Part shown: positions 1-8,842 of the stretch, one piece after another
Layout of the letters: each line of letters starts with the position of its first letter
How positions within the stretch are numbered: the stretch's first letter is position 1
Notes under the pieces: model-generated
Seen by the model: only the letters and a program-made list of their open reading frames with translations
What the model was told of the DNA's origin: nothing
The model's database searches: none
DNA from: an uncultured Gammaproteobacteria bacterium
Lineage (GTDB): Bacteria > Patescibacteriota > Patescibacteriia > 2-01-FULL-39-33
DNA length: 37,824 nt
Direction: 5' to 3'
NCBI GenBank assembly: GCA_964608895.1
Contig: CAZSPT010000001.1
Span: forward strand, 16,626-54,449
Position numbers and translations under genes: made by a program

Positions 1-1402
1 CCTGCCCGCCGTATTCTTCAGTCAAAGTATCCCAATCAATAATTTCAGAATTAAGATGGGCCTTGATTCTTATATTCCGCAACTCCTCCTGGCCGGTGTT
101 TTGATAATGGAGAGAATAAACCAAAAGCTCATCAAAAGCGATTGGCTGGTCCTCGGCCGAACCGTTAACAATCAAATCTAAGCCGAGCTGGTCTTTGATT
201 ACTTTAGTCACTAAAATTTCTTCGTTCTGGGGATAATAATCGCCGCCTTGGTTAAGCTGAATCCTTACTCTAAATTCCTGATTGCCTCCTTGGTCAACCG
301 CCGAATAACTGCCAGTGATTTCAACTTCACCGGATTCTTCCGGAGCAATACTTTTAATTTCCCAGAGAAAATCGCCGGCGGCGGCCAATTCCGGCTCAGC
401 CGAGCTAAAAACAAAACCGTCCGACGGCTCCGCGACCAATTGAAGATCAGTTAATTCTTCCTGACCGGTATTTTGATAACTGATGAGATAGCTTAACTCT
501 TGATTGGCCAGAGTTTTTTCCGGACCGCTGATTTCCAAATCCAAAACCGACGAGGCAACCGCGACATCAACAATTGCCTCCTGTTTAAACCGAGCATTCA
601 GGTTGGCCGGTTTGAATTCCAAGGTTCCTTTGAAAGTTTTAACCGAATTAATCGCCGCGATTGTCTTGCCGGTCAAAGTGATTTTCTTGGTTTCGCCGCT
701 TTTTAAAACACTGAAATCCCAGATATTTTGACGATCTCCCTTAGCGGCTGGCTCGGCTTGGAGATAAGAAAAATTTTCCGGGTAATCAAGCTCCAGCCGG
801 GCGTTGTAGAGATTTACCGCCTCTTGATTGGTGATTGAAACGACATATTCCGCCGGCTGCCCGGAAATCAAAGTAATCGGAGGAGAAATTTTTAAATCAA
901 TCTTTTCATTAGTAAAACTTTCTTCCCCCCAATAACGGTTAAATAGGAAAAACCCGGCCAAACCGGCAATCAACAAAACAGCAAAAACAATAATTAAAAA
1001 ATAAACAATTTTCTTCCAAAGCGGCTGACGGCTTTTGCTTAACTTGGTTAAATCGGGAATATGGCCGTTTCCGTCAGTATAAATTTCAGCGAGATTTCGC
1101 TGAATTTCCCGGCTGATTTTCCGATTAGACTTCTTTTTGCCGGCTTTTTTGAAAAAATTAGTGGATTTTCCTCCGGCCGAATCTGATTTTCCTCCGGCCG
1201 AATCTGATTTTCCGGCTTTATTATTAGAGGATGAAACCGCGGTTTCAGCGACATTATCCTGCATAGTTTTAACTTCTTTTTTAAAAATTCCAAAATCTCC
1301 AAGTTTCTTCTTGAGCGGTTTAACAACCGATTTTTTTTCTTTGGATTTTTTAGAACTATCGGAGTTATCTTTATTTTTTTTAAAAAAGCTGAACTTTACC
1401 AT
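1..1402 (-). CDS. Membrane-anchored surface protein with DUF11/CARDB-like repeat domains; the 3' end runs off the left edge
   Basis: The reverse frame is open from ATG (1402..1400) to the window edge: 467 codons with no stop. I read it by hand because the ORF track lists only closed ORFs. The N-terminus is Lys/Ser-rich (MVKFSFFKKNKDNSDSSKKSKEKK...). One TM helix follows (IVYFLIIVFAVLLIAGLAGFFLF). At least 3 modules of about 120 aa carry a DUF11/CARDB-type signature (AEYVVSITNQEAVNLYNARLELDYPENF; LSYLISYQNTGQEELTDLQLVAEPSDGF; LVYSLHYQNTGQEELRNIRIKAHL). The gene starts 11 nt after the DUF4012 stop. Confidence 0.75.
   Translation of the reverse strand, partial: MVKFSFFKKNKDNSDSSKKSKEKKSVVKPLKKKLGDFGIFKKEVKTMQDNVAETAVSSSNNKAGKSDSAGGKSDSAGGKSTNFFKKAGKKKSNRKISREIQRNLAEIYTDGNGHIPDLTKLSKSRQPLWKKIVYFLIIVFAVLLIAGLAGFFLFNRYWGEESFTNEKIDLKISPPITLISGQPAEYVVSITNQEAVNLYNARLELDYPENFSYLQAEPAAKGDRQNIWDFSVLKSGETKKITLTGKTIAAINSVKTFKGTLEFKPANLNARFKQEAIVDVAVASSVLDLEISGPEKTLANQELSYLISYQNTGQEELTDLQLVAEPSDGFVFSSAEPELAAAGDFLWEIKSIAPEESGEVEITGSYSAVDQGGNQEFRVRIQLNQGGDYYPQNEEILVTKVIKDQLGLDLIVNGSAEDQPIAFDELLVYSLHYQNTGQEELRNIRIKAHLNSEIIDWDTLTEEYGGQ
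1164..1216 (-). repeat. In-frame 21-bp tandem repeat inside the edge gene
   Basis: The unit gattttcctccggccgaatct occurs twice back to back, followed by a partial third copy. On the minus strand it encodes KSDSAGG-KSDSAGG in the cytoplasmic Lys/Ser-rich tail. Confidence 0.85.
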
Positions 1403-1413
1403 GAAAATTTCTA

Positions 1414-4233
1414 TTAATTATTAAACTCCAGGAAATAAAAACGATCTTGATCAAGCCGAGTCTTAAAAACCGTTTCCTGTCCGGAGATAACCAAATTTTC
1501 CGAAGGTCGGCCGGCTTTGACCAACCAATCTTTAGGAAAATTTAATTGGCTGACGATTTCATCTGAACCGCTTCCCGGCTGTTTTTCAATAACTAAGCTG
1601 TAGAAATCATATTTTTCCTCCTTGGCCGGAGAAAAAGCCGCTTGAATTTTCTCGGACCAGGAAATTTGCTTGGACCGGCGAACCGGTTGAACTTTGAACG
1701 GCAGCTGATAAGTCAAAAGGACTTCTTTGGTTTCACCCGGACCAACCATCAACCAGTTTCCAAAAACCGTTCGGCCGTTTTCAAGATAAATTTTAGTTCC
1801 AGAACGATAATCAAGAGACGCTAAATTTTCAGCCGCTAAATCAGGATCCGGCTGGAGAAAATCGGGAATTGGAGCAAATTGTTCAACCGGCGGCTGGTCA
1901 AAGCCGACTGCTTTAATCAACCGGCTGCCAGCCGGGAGATAAACCCGAAAATAACTGCGGTTAAGCTGATTGGTGAAATTTTCTTCAATCGGCCCAAAAT
2001 GGCGCCGGCGAATCAAAAGCTCGCCAATAACTGTTCCGTCAGGAGCGATTTCGGCCCGATGGAATATCTTCTGATTAATCGCCTCGTCAGTCTTGCCACC
2101 CCCGACATTGGCGGCCACTACTTTAAAATAATCTTTTGAAGTGTCCAGCCGGCGGCCGCCCCAACGATTTTCAACAACTGTTTGTTGAAGCTCAGAATCG
2201 CTTAAATAAATCATAATGTCTTTAACTTTTAATCCGCGGCTGATTGCGCCGAAAAAATCAAGAAACTTCGGCGGCTCAATCGCCGAAACCTCATTAAGCA
2301 GCCGAGCGGCCAAATCGCCGAGAATTTCCTTCGGCTTAGTCCGGTCGGGATGTTCCAATTCAACCGTCTTCTGAACTTCTCTTTCAAAGTTGGCCGCGGT
2401 GACGATTTTGCCGTATTTTTCCAATTCAAGCGGTCCGGTTATCTTAAGAAGCTCACTTAGCCAGTCGGAATTAACAGCGATTACTCCGTCAACAGTCGGG
2501 CCGCCGCTCTTGTTATAAAACCAAGCTATTTTTTTCGCTGAAGTCGGCCAATCAGCCCACCAATTGGCGTCCTGAAACTCCCAACGAGGATTAATCAGCC
2601 GAATCGGCTCGGGAGCGGCGACTGTTTCAGTCATACCGGCCCGAACATCATAACTGCCGCCGGCCGGCAAAGAAATTTCCTTAATATCCCCGGAAACTAA
2701 GTCAACCAAAGCAAAACTTCCCAAAAAACCGCCAGACGGTCTAAGCTCGTTGTCGTTCTGAAAAACTAAAAGATAGCGCTTAAGCCGATTTTCTCCGAGA
2801 AACTTCCGAGTAAACTCAAGATTGCCATCCAATTCTTCCAAGCCGCTGACCAAAACCGGCAGCTGAGCCTGAAGCTCTTGAAATCCAGAACGATTTTCCT
2901 CGGGAAGATGACTTATCTTTATTTTTTTGATTTTTTCTTCAGCCAGCCGGAGTTCTTTGGCGGCGATTCTGATTTCTCTCTGAAATTCAGACAATCGGAC
3001 GGTTAGAGGAGAATTTCCGTCTCTTGAAAGTTGTTCCGCCGCCTTAGCCAATCGGCGGCCGGCGGCCGAAACAATTTCTCCAAGCTCCAGAACGTTTTTT
3101 CCGCTTCGGAAACTGTTGGCAATCGGCAAAGCTCCGACGGCCGCCGTTAAAAACGACTGAATTTCTCCGAGCTGAGTCCGAGCCGAGGTGAACTTCTGAT
3201 TAGCCGAGGAAAAATCGCTTTCAGCCGATTTCAAATCAAAAACGGCTAATTCACTTTTAGCTGATTCAAGACTGGCCAGCCCTTGACGAGCCTGACCGAG
3301 AACCGCTCCTTTGGTTTCTTGAATTTCCTGCCAATAGGTAAAAACTTTCAAAGGGGCGATAAGCAACAAGCCGATAATCGCGAATCCGACCAACTGACGG
3401 ATTGAAATTAATTCCCAATGAAATTCCGGCTTTTTAAGCGGCCGAGGCCGAGTAAAACTTTTAAAAAAATTCTTGATTCTATCCCAACCGAACCGCTGAA
3501 TCGCCTGAACGGCCGACTTTTTAGAAGCCGAAGAAAAAGCTCCGCCGAATCCGGAAAAATTCCGAAGATTAAACTCAACCACTTCATCGGTCAGCCAGGG
3601 CCGAAAACGCCGACTATTCCAAAAATACCTTTTTAAGCAAATTATTCCTTCAACCGCCCGAAAAGCCAGGGAACCAAGAAAAAAAATCAGATTAATCAAA
3701 ACAACTTCCTCCCAAAGCGAACGATTTTTTTCGGTTAACAGCCGAGAATTTTTCCGCGCCGGCAATTTTGGCGAAAGATCAAGCGGACGGAAAAAACTTT
3801 TTAGACTAACTCTCTTTTTTTGAATTTTTCTTTGAATTCCGGACAAAAATTCCGTCTCCACCAGAGAAAACAATTCAAAAAGATAAAGTTTCGCCAAAAA
3901 TTCCTCACCAACGGCCGCGGCCGGGCGGGCGGCCGGTTTAACTCTTTCAATAAAACGAACTTGGGAAAGATCCAAACAATGAGGTGAAAAATAATTGTCT
4001 AAAGGATTGGCAGCGACTTCTATTTTTACCTTTTTCTCCGAGTCTTTTGGCAAAGAAACTTTTTTTGACGAAAAAACCGGCCAGTCCTGATTTTTCTTTG
4101 TTAAATCAACCAGCTTGACCGGCCTGTTTTTATAAAAAGAATTCTTAACTCGGCGCGATAGAATAACCTGTTTTTTCCGAGATTTTGGCCGTCCGGCTCC
4201 TAAATTGCTTTTTTTTGGGGATTTTTTAGTCAC
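1414..4233 (-). CDS. DUF4012 domain-containing membrane protein with a long N-terminal extension
   Basis: 939-aa ORF. The C-terminal half carries DUF4012 hallmarks (YLLVFQNDNELRPSGGFLGSFALVDL; FQDANWWADWPTSA; VDGVIAVNSDWL) and is paralogous to 26762..28732. It has a Lys-rich N-terminus, two hydrophobic helices and an Ala/Glu/Leu-rich coiled-coil-like segment. The start codon at 4233..4231 is GTG, so the exact start is uncertain. Confidence 0.85.
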   Translation of the reverse strand: MTKKSPKKSNLGAGRPKSRKKQVILSRRVKNSFYKNRPVKLVDLTKKNQDWPVFSSKKVSLPKDSEKKVKIEVAANPLDNYFSPHCLDLSQVRFIERVKPAARPAAAVGEEFLAKLYLFELFSLVETEFLSGIQRKIQKKRVSLKSFFRPLDLSPKLPARKNSRLLTEKNRSLWEEVVLINLIFFLGSLAFRAVEGIICLKRYFWNSRRFRPWLTDEVVEFNLRNFSGFGGAFSSASKKSAVQAIQRFGWDRIKNFFKSFTRPRPLKKPEFHWELISIRQLVGFAIIGLLLIAPLKVFTYWQEIQETKGAVLGQARQGLASLESAKSELAVFDLKSAESDFSSANQKFTSARTQLGEIQSFLTAAVGALPIANSFRSGKNVLELGEIVSAAGRRLAKAAEQLSRDGNSPLTVRLSEFQREIRIAAKELRLAEEKIKKIKISHLPEENRSGFQELQAQLPVLVSGLEELDGNLEFTRKFLGENRLKRYLLVFQNDNELRPSGGFLGSFALVDLVSGDIKEISLPAGGSYDVRAGMTETVAAPEPIRLINPRWEFQDANWWADWPTSAKKIAWFYNKSGGPTVDGVIAVNSDWLSELLKITGPLELEKYGKIVTAANFEREVQKTVELEHPDRTKPKEILGDLAARLLNEVSAIEPPKFLDFFGAISRGLKVKDIMIYLSDSELQQTVVENRWGGRRLDTSKDYFKVVAANVGGGKTDEAINQKIFHRAEIAPDGTVIGELLIRRRHFGPIEENFTNQLNRSYFRVYLPAGSRLIKAVGFDQPPVEQFAPIPDFLQPDPDLAAENLASLDYRSGTKIYLENGRTVFGNWLMVGPGETKEVLLTYQLPFKVQPVRRSKQISWSEKIQAAFSPAKEEKYDFYSLVIEKQPGSGSDEIVSQLNFPKDWLVKAGRPSENLVISGQETVFKTRLDQDRFYFLEFNN

Positions 4234-4382
4234 CTTCCCTTATAAAATTATCAAATTATAAATTATCAAAATTAAGCCTAAATCACAGTTAAGTCAGGCT
4301 TAACTTCCGAATATTTCTTAAAATTATTATAACACAAAAAACAATCCTGAAACAAGCCCGTAAAAATCAAAAAAACCGATTT

Positions 4383-5507
4383 TTAAAAAAAAGATTGATA
4401 AACCGTCAGAGTTTTCCGGGCGGTTTTTTCCCAGGAATATTTTTGGGAATTGGCCAGCCCCTTGCCGGCCAGTTCCCGGCAAAGCTCCGGCTGGGACAAA
4501 AGCTTGATTAGCTCGGCGGCGATCGCTTCAGAATCTTCGGGATTAAAATAATGAGCGGTTGAACCGAGAATCTCCGGAAGCGATCCTCGGTCAGAAGCAG
4601 CGACCGGCACTCCCCTGGCTTGAGCCTCCAAGGCCGGCAGGCCAAAACCCTCAAAAAGACTCGGAAAAACATAAATTTTTGCCCGGCGGAAAAAGCAATT
4701 AATCTGAAAATCGGAAAGATAACCCGGAAAAAACACTTTTCCTTGAAGCTCGGGAAAATTCTCAATCAGAAACCGTTTTAGTCGCTGATAAAAATAACTG
4801 TCTTTTCCGGCTAAAACCAGCCGCTGGTCGGGAAATTTATCAACTACTTTTTTGAAAGCGGCGACAAGATTTTCCAAATTTTTATGGGGATAAGCCGAAC
4901 CGAGATAAAAAAGATAGCCGGGCTTCAAGCCGTATTCTTCCTCTGTCAGCCGGCAGTTTCCGGCGGCTCGGCCGAGCTCAACCCCTTCATAGACAACAAC
5001 GACTTTTTCCGAAGGAATTTTCAACAGCCGAACAATATCTTTTTTAGTGGCTTCAGAAACAGCGATAATTTTTTTGGCCCGGCGAGCGGCCCGGGAAATA
5101 ACCAGTCGGTAGCCGAAAAGCTTCAGCCGGTAGCTGAACAGCCGCCGAGTGGTCGCCCGGCTGCTCGGAAACCGAGAAATAATCAAATCATGAATAGTTA
5201 CCAAAAATTTTCCCCAATAGACAAGCGGAACATTAAAATGCCCGAAATGGACCAAATCCAAACGATATTTCCAAAGAACTGCCGGAAAAATAAGCTGCTC
5301 CTGCCAGCTGTACGGTTTAAAATCAGCGAGAATTTTCCGAAAATTCGGCTGATTCGGCCGGTAGTCGTTGAAATTTTCCTTGGTTAGAAAAATCAAATAA
5401 TCGTTTTTTTGGTCAAGCTGTTCAAGCCGGCTAATTAACTTTTCCAAATAGCGGCCCAAACCGGCGTTTTTTGTCCCGTAAAGCCGGGCGTCAATTCCGA
5501 TTTTCAT
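4383..5507 (-). CDS. Glycosyltransferase family 4
   Basis: 374 aa with the GT-B/GT4 C-terminal motif [25 protein letters not shown]. The N-terminus MKIGIDAR is shared with the other GT4 paralogues. Confidence 0.9.
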   Translation of the reverse strand: MKIGIDARLYGTKNAGLGRYLEKLISRLEQLDQKNDYLIFLTKENFNDYRPNQPNFRKILADFKPYSWQEQLIFPAVLWKYRLDLVHFGHFNVPLVYWGKFLVTIHDLIISRFPSSRATTRRLFSYRLKLFGYRLVISRAARRAKKIIAVSEATKKDIVRLLKIPSEKVVVVYEGVELGRAAGNCRLTEEEYGLKPGYLFYLGSAYPHKNLENLVAAFKKVVDKFPDQRLVLAGKDSYFYQRLKRFLIENFPELQGKVFFPGYLSDFQINCFFRRAKIYVFPSLFEGFGLPALEAQARGVPVAASDRGSLPEILGSTAHYFNPEDSEAIAAELIKLLSQPELCRELAGKGLANSQKYSWEKTARKTLTVYQSFF

Positions 5508-6621
5508 ATTTTTTAAAAATTTCTAAAAACTGTTTGGCGGCCGCCGGCCAACTAAACCGCCGAGCCTGGATGATTCCAGCTTCAGCCAGCCGCCGGCGGA
5601 GCCGGTCGTCTTTTAACAGGGCTTCGGCGGCTTTGGTAATTTCTCCAAGATTATCGGGATTGACCAGCAAGCCGGCTTGGCCGACAACTTCCGGCTGGGA
5701 AGAATTTGCTCCGGCGATTACCGGACAGCCCGAGGCCAGCGCTTCCAGCAACGGTAGACCGAATCCTTCATAAAACGAGGGGTAAATTAAAAATTCCGCC
5801 AGATTATAAAGAGCCGGCTTGTCTTCTTCCTGAAAATAACCGGTTAAAGTAATTCTTGAATCTTTCTCAGCTTCGGCCAGAAGCGGACCTGTTTTCCAGC
5901 CCCGAGGGCCGGCCAGAACCAGCCGACAATCGTCTGGAGCGAGTCGCTGAAACGCCCTGATAACACCGGCAATGTTTTTTCGGGGCTCCAAAGTGCCGAG
6001 ATAAAGGATAAACTTCGGAGGGAGACGATATTTTTTCCGAACCGCCTCCAGTTGAGTATCAGATTTTGGAATAACCCGGAACCGCTGATGGTCAACCGCC
6101 GGATAAATCACTCTTATCTTATTTGGATCAACCCCTAAAACCGCCTCCAAATCTTTAGCGGTATTTTTGGAATCAGCGACCACTAAATCAGCTTGGAAAA
6201 CTATTTTTTTTAGAATAATCAACTTGTGCCAAAGCCGCATTTTCCAAGAAAAAAATTCCGGAAAAAGGATAAATGATAAATCATGAACAGCAAGAATTTT
6301 TCGGCAATTATCCGACCAACTAACAAAATGGAGGTTTGGAGCGAAAAAAAGGTCGGCTGAACCGGCCAAACGATCAAGTTTGGGAAAATTCCCAAAATTC
6401 AAAGCAAGGTTAAAGAGTTTGTTCGGCCAATGGTAGCCGAGATAGCGGGCGTTTTTTCGCTCAAACGGCGGCAAAGAAATTTTTTTTGAAGAATTATAAA
6501 AAAGAAAATATTGATTGTCGCGGTCAAGGTTCAATAAAGCCTCCAAAAGACCGGCAGTATAGCGGGAGACTCCTGAATATTGAGCGGTCATCAGGCAACG
6601 GACATCAACGGCTATTTTCAT
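5491..6621 (-). CDS. Glycosyltransferase family 4
   Basis: 376 aa with [25 protein letters not shown] and N-terminus MKIAVDVR. It overlaps the downstream GT4 by 17 nt. Confidence 0.9.
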   Translation of the reverse strand: MKIAVDVRCLMTAQYSGVSRYTAGLLEALLNLDRDNQYFLFYNSSKKISLPPFERKNARYLGYHWPNKLFNLALNFGNFPKLDRLAGSADLFFAPNLHFVSWSDNCRKILAVHDLSFILFPEFFSWKMRLWHKLIILKKIVFQADLVVADSKNTAKDLEAVLGVDPNKIRVIYPAVDHQRFRVIPKSDTQLEAVRKKYRLPPKFILYLGTLEPRKNIAGVIRAFQRLAPDDCRLVLAGPRGWKTGPLLAEAEKDSRITLTGYFQEEDKPALYNLAEFLIYPSFYEGFGLPLLEALASGCPVIAGANSSQPEVVGQAGLLVNPDNLGEITKAAEALLKDDRLRRRLAEAGIIQARRFSWPAAAKQFLEIFKKYENRN

Positions 6622-7711
6622 TTTGAAAAATCTTATTGACTAAATTGATTATTTGGTTTTTGAAAATTTCCGGCCGAAAATTTTCAGCCCAGCGCTTTAT
6701 TTCTTCGGAAGAATAATCCTCCGGCCTAAATCTGATAACTTTGTCAGCAATCTCCTCCCACCACTGATTTTCAAAAAATTCTCCAGTTCGGCCGGGGATA
6801 ACAGTCTCCAAAGCGCCGCCGGCCTGATAAGCGATCACCGGCCGTCCGGCGGCCATCGCCTCAATAGCAGTAATACCGAAATCCTCTTCTTGAGGATGAA
6901 GATAAGCGATTGCTTCGGCGTAAAGCCGACACTTCTCTTCCTCGGAAACTTTTCCAAGAAATTCAATTTTGGAACTGTTGGCGGCCAACTTTTTCAACCG
7001 AGCCATTTCCGGACCGACTCCAAAAACTTTCAAAGGAATCCCCAACCGGCCAAAAGCCTGAATAACCAAATCAATTTTTTTGTAGGGAACAAGCCGAGAA
7101 CCGGCCAAATAATATTTCTTCGGTGCTGAAGAAATCCAAAAATTATCAACATCAACCGGCGGATAAACAACCTCGCTTGGACGGTGATAATATTTCTTAA
7201 TCCGCTCCCGGACGGTCGCCGAACTAGTGGCAAAAAAATCAACCCGATCGGCCGCCAAACGATCCCAACCCCGAAGCCGATGAAGAGTTAAAGGAAGAAA
7301 AATCTTAAAAATCGGATTAACTTTCAGCTCTTTGATATAAGAATGAGTGTCAATCCAAAGAAATCGAGTCGGGGTGTAGCAATAGCAAAGATGACGACTG
7401 CCGGGCTTGGTAATAACACCCTTGGCAAAGGCTGAAGCGCTTGAAATAACCAAATCATAATCAGTTAAATCATAACTCTCAATCGCCGCCGGCATAATTG
7501 GCAACCACCATTGATAACAGCGAACCCCCAAAGGAAACTTCTGAAGAAAAGAAGTCCGGATATCCTGGGAATAAAAAAACCTGTTGGTGTTTTTTGGATC
7601 AAAAACTAAAGTAAAAATCGGAGCTTCTGGAAAAATTTCCTTCAAGGCTTTTAAAACCCGTTCCGCCCCGCCGTCCTGAACCAAATGGTCATGAATTAAA
7701 GCAACCTTCAT
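6605..7711 (-). CDS. Glycosyltransferase family 4
   Basis: 368 aa with LHPQEEDFGITAIEAMAAGRPVIAY and N-terminus MKVALIHDHLVQDGGAERV. It overlaps the downstream GT4 by 17 nt and is the first gene after a 245-bp AT-rich spacer. Confidence 0.9.
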   Translation of the reverse strand: MKVALIHDHLVQDGGAERVLKALKEIFPEAPIFTLVFDPKNTNRFFYSQDIRTSFLQKFPLGVRCYQWWLPIMPAAIESYDLTDYDLVISSASAFAKGVITKPGSRHLCYCYTPTRFLWIDTHSYIKELKVNPIFKIFLPLTLHRLRGWDRLAADRVDFFATSSATVRERIKKYYHRPSEVVYPPVDVDNFWISSAPKKYYLAGSRLVPYKKIDLVIQAFGRLGIPLKVFGVGPEMARLKKLAANSSKIEFLGKVSEEEKCRLYAEAIAYLHPQEEDFGITAIEAMAAGRPVIAYQAGGALETVIPGRTGEFFENQWWEEIADKVIRFRPEDYSSEEIKRWAENFRPEIFKNQIINLVNKIFQNENSR

Positions 7712-7879
7712 AACAAATTAAACTAAAACTGTTGTTAATATAATACCATAAAGGCAAAAAGACAAAAATAATTTATTTGATAAAAAAACAAAAAACACTA
7801 ATTATTGACTAATTTTACAAAAATAAACAAAAATTCACCGCTAAAAAAACAATAACAATATAATAAACTTTTTTTAACC

Positions 7880-7908
7880 TTGACAAAAATAAAATTATGT
7901 GCTATATT
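7880..7908 (+). promoter_or_regulatory. Sigma-70-type promoter with extended -10 for the 41-codon gene
   Basis: TTGACA (7880..7885), a 17-nt spacer ending in TGc, then TATATT (7903..7908). It lies about 50 nt upstream of the ATG at 7957. Confidence 0.7.
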
Positions 7909-7919
7909 TATCTGATGTG

Positions 7920-7931
7920 CTGAAAATTCAG
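7920..7931. promoter_or_regulatory. Inverted repeat CTGAA-aa-TTCAG just downstream of the -10
   Basis: ctgaaaattcag has 5-bp arms. It sits at the predicted 5' end of the small-gene transcript. A related palindrome is at 8142..8157. Confidence 0.3.
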
Positions 7932-7956
7932 GGTAGAAAGTAAAAGGAGAGGAGCT

Positions 7957-8082
7957 ATGGAAAAAGATGACATGGAGAACATTATGGCCATTTTGGTGGC
8001 CTGCATCGGGGAATTAAAGAAAAAATTCCCCGACGAGGTGGATGAAATCCTGGCAAAGGCCAGGGAAATTGCGGAAAAATAA
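7957..8082 (+). CDS. Small acidic helical protein, 41 aa, no recognisable family
   Basis: ATG preceded by aaaaggagaggagct (a strong SD). Translation: MEKDDMENIMAILVACIGELKKKFPDEVDEILAKAREIAEK. It has its own consensus promoter and an intrinsic terminator. It is below the length shown in the ORF track. Confidence 0.6.
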   Translation: MEKDDMENIMAILVACIGELKKKFPDEVDEILAKAREIAEK

Positions 8083-8090
8083 TGGTTCCC

Positions 8091-8127
8091 AAAGGGCAGT
8101 TTAGAAATAACTGCCCTTTTTTATTTT
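8091..8127 (+). terminator. Rho-independent terminator of the small gene
   Basis: A 10-bp stem (aaagggcagt / actgcccttt) with a 9-nt loop, followed by ttttttatttt. Confidence 0.8.
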
Positions 8128-8141
8128 GGAAAATACAGAAA

Positions 8142-8157
8142 TTCTGAAATTTCAGAA
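8142..8157. promoter_or_regulatory. Perfect 16-bp palindrome TTCTGAAATTTCAGAA
   Basis: Perfect dyad in the convergent intergenic spacer. The core CTGAA..TTCAG resembles the dyad at 7920..7931. Confidence 0.3.
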
Positions 8158-8188
8158 AATAAATAAGCCGCTCTTTTGAGAACGGCTC
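8158..8188 (-). terminator. Probable intrinsic terminator for the minus-strand PGT-lipoprotein unit
   Basis: On the minus strand: agccgttctc-aaaa-gag(bulge)cggct, followed by ttatttatttt. The stem is imperfect. Confidence 0.5.
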
Positions 8189-8283
8189 TAAAAAATCTCT
8201 GGCTACTTTAGTGAGAAAATAATTCGGTCCAATTCTTCGCCAGTATTGAAATCATAGGAGCGAATTGAAAAAAATCCCGACAT

Positions 8284-8766
8284 TTAGATATAGTACCTCA
8301 CCGCCACAGCGTTAAAACCTCTCCCAAACCTTATTTTGGTAGTCGCCAGCAGCAACGAGGCCTCTCCTCCTTCCAACTTGTAAAGCCTAATCAACAGTTT
8401 GTCGGTTTTGGCTGGAACAGGCTGGACAAAGAAAAATTCTTTGCCTATTTGAAACTCCTGGCCGGCCTGGAAAACCTCTTCTCCAAAGCTGATCAGGCCG
8501 TCCAGATTAACATCTTCAAATTTCTGGCAAACAAAACAATTCGGTCCCGATCCGGCCGACTGAAAGCCCTTGAGCGTAATTTTATCCAATCTCGGCTCCC
8601 GAAGGGAGACAAAGAGATAGGAAGAATCGCGATTATCCCTTTTCTTGCTAAAAAAGGAATCTTCCGGTCGATAGGATTCGCTAAAAACACTTTCAGTTTG
8701 ACAGCCGGCAGTCAAAATCCCCGCTAAAACGGCTATTTTTAAAAAGAACAACCTTCCTGTCATCAT
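8284..8766 (-). CDS. Lipoprotein, unknown function
   Basis: 160 aa. Signal peptide with a lipobox (MMTGRLFFLKIAVLAGILTAG-C). A strong SD (agaaaggaggataa) sits in front of the ATGATG start. Confidence 0.75.
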   Translation of the reverse strand: MMTGRLFFLKIAVLAGILTAGCQTESVFSESYRPEDSFFSKKRDNRDSSYLFVSLREPRLDKITLKGFQSAGSGPNCFVCQKFEDVNLDGLISFGEEVFQAGQEFQIGKEFFFVQPVPAKTDKLLIRLYKLEGGEASLLLATTKIRFGRGFNAVAVRYYI

Positions 8767-8842
8767 TTATCCTCCTTTCTCAACAACCTTCAAAAAAACT
8801 CGTTATTACCTTATCAAACCCTAACTTAAAAAACAAATTTTT

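Noticed and set aside
1164-1216. Direct repeats as a possible CRISPR or minisatellite
   Set aside because: There are only 2.5 contiguous copies with no spacers, in frame within a coding region. It is a peptide repeat, not a CRISPR array.
248-1424. Short track ORFs at 248..454, 500..706, 504..731, 1048..1326 and 1137..1424
   Set aside because: All fall inside the 467-codon open reverse frame of the edge-truncated DUF11-repeat gene and have low-complexity translations.
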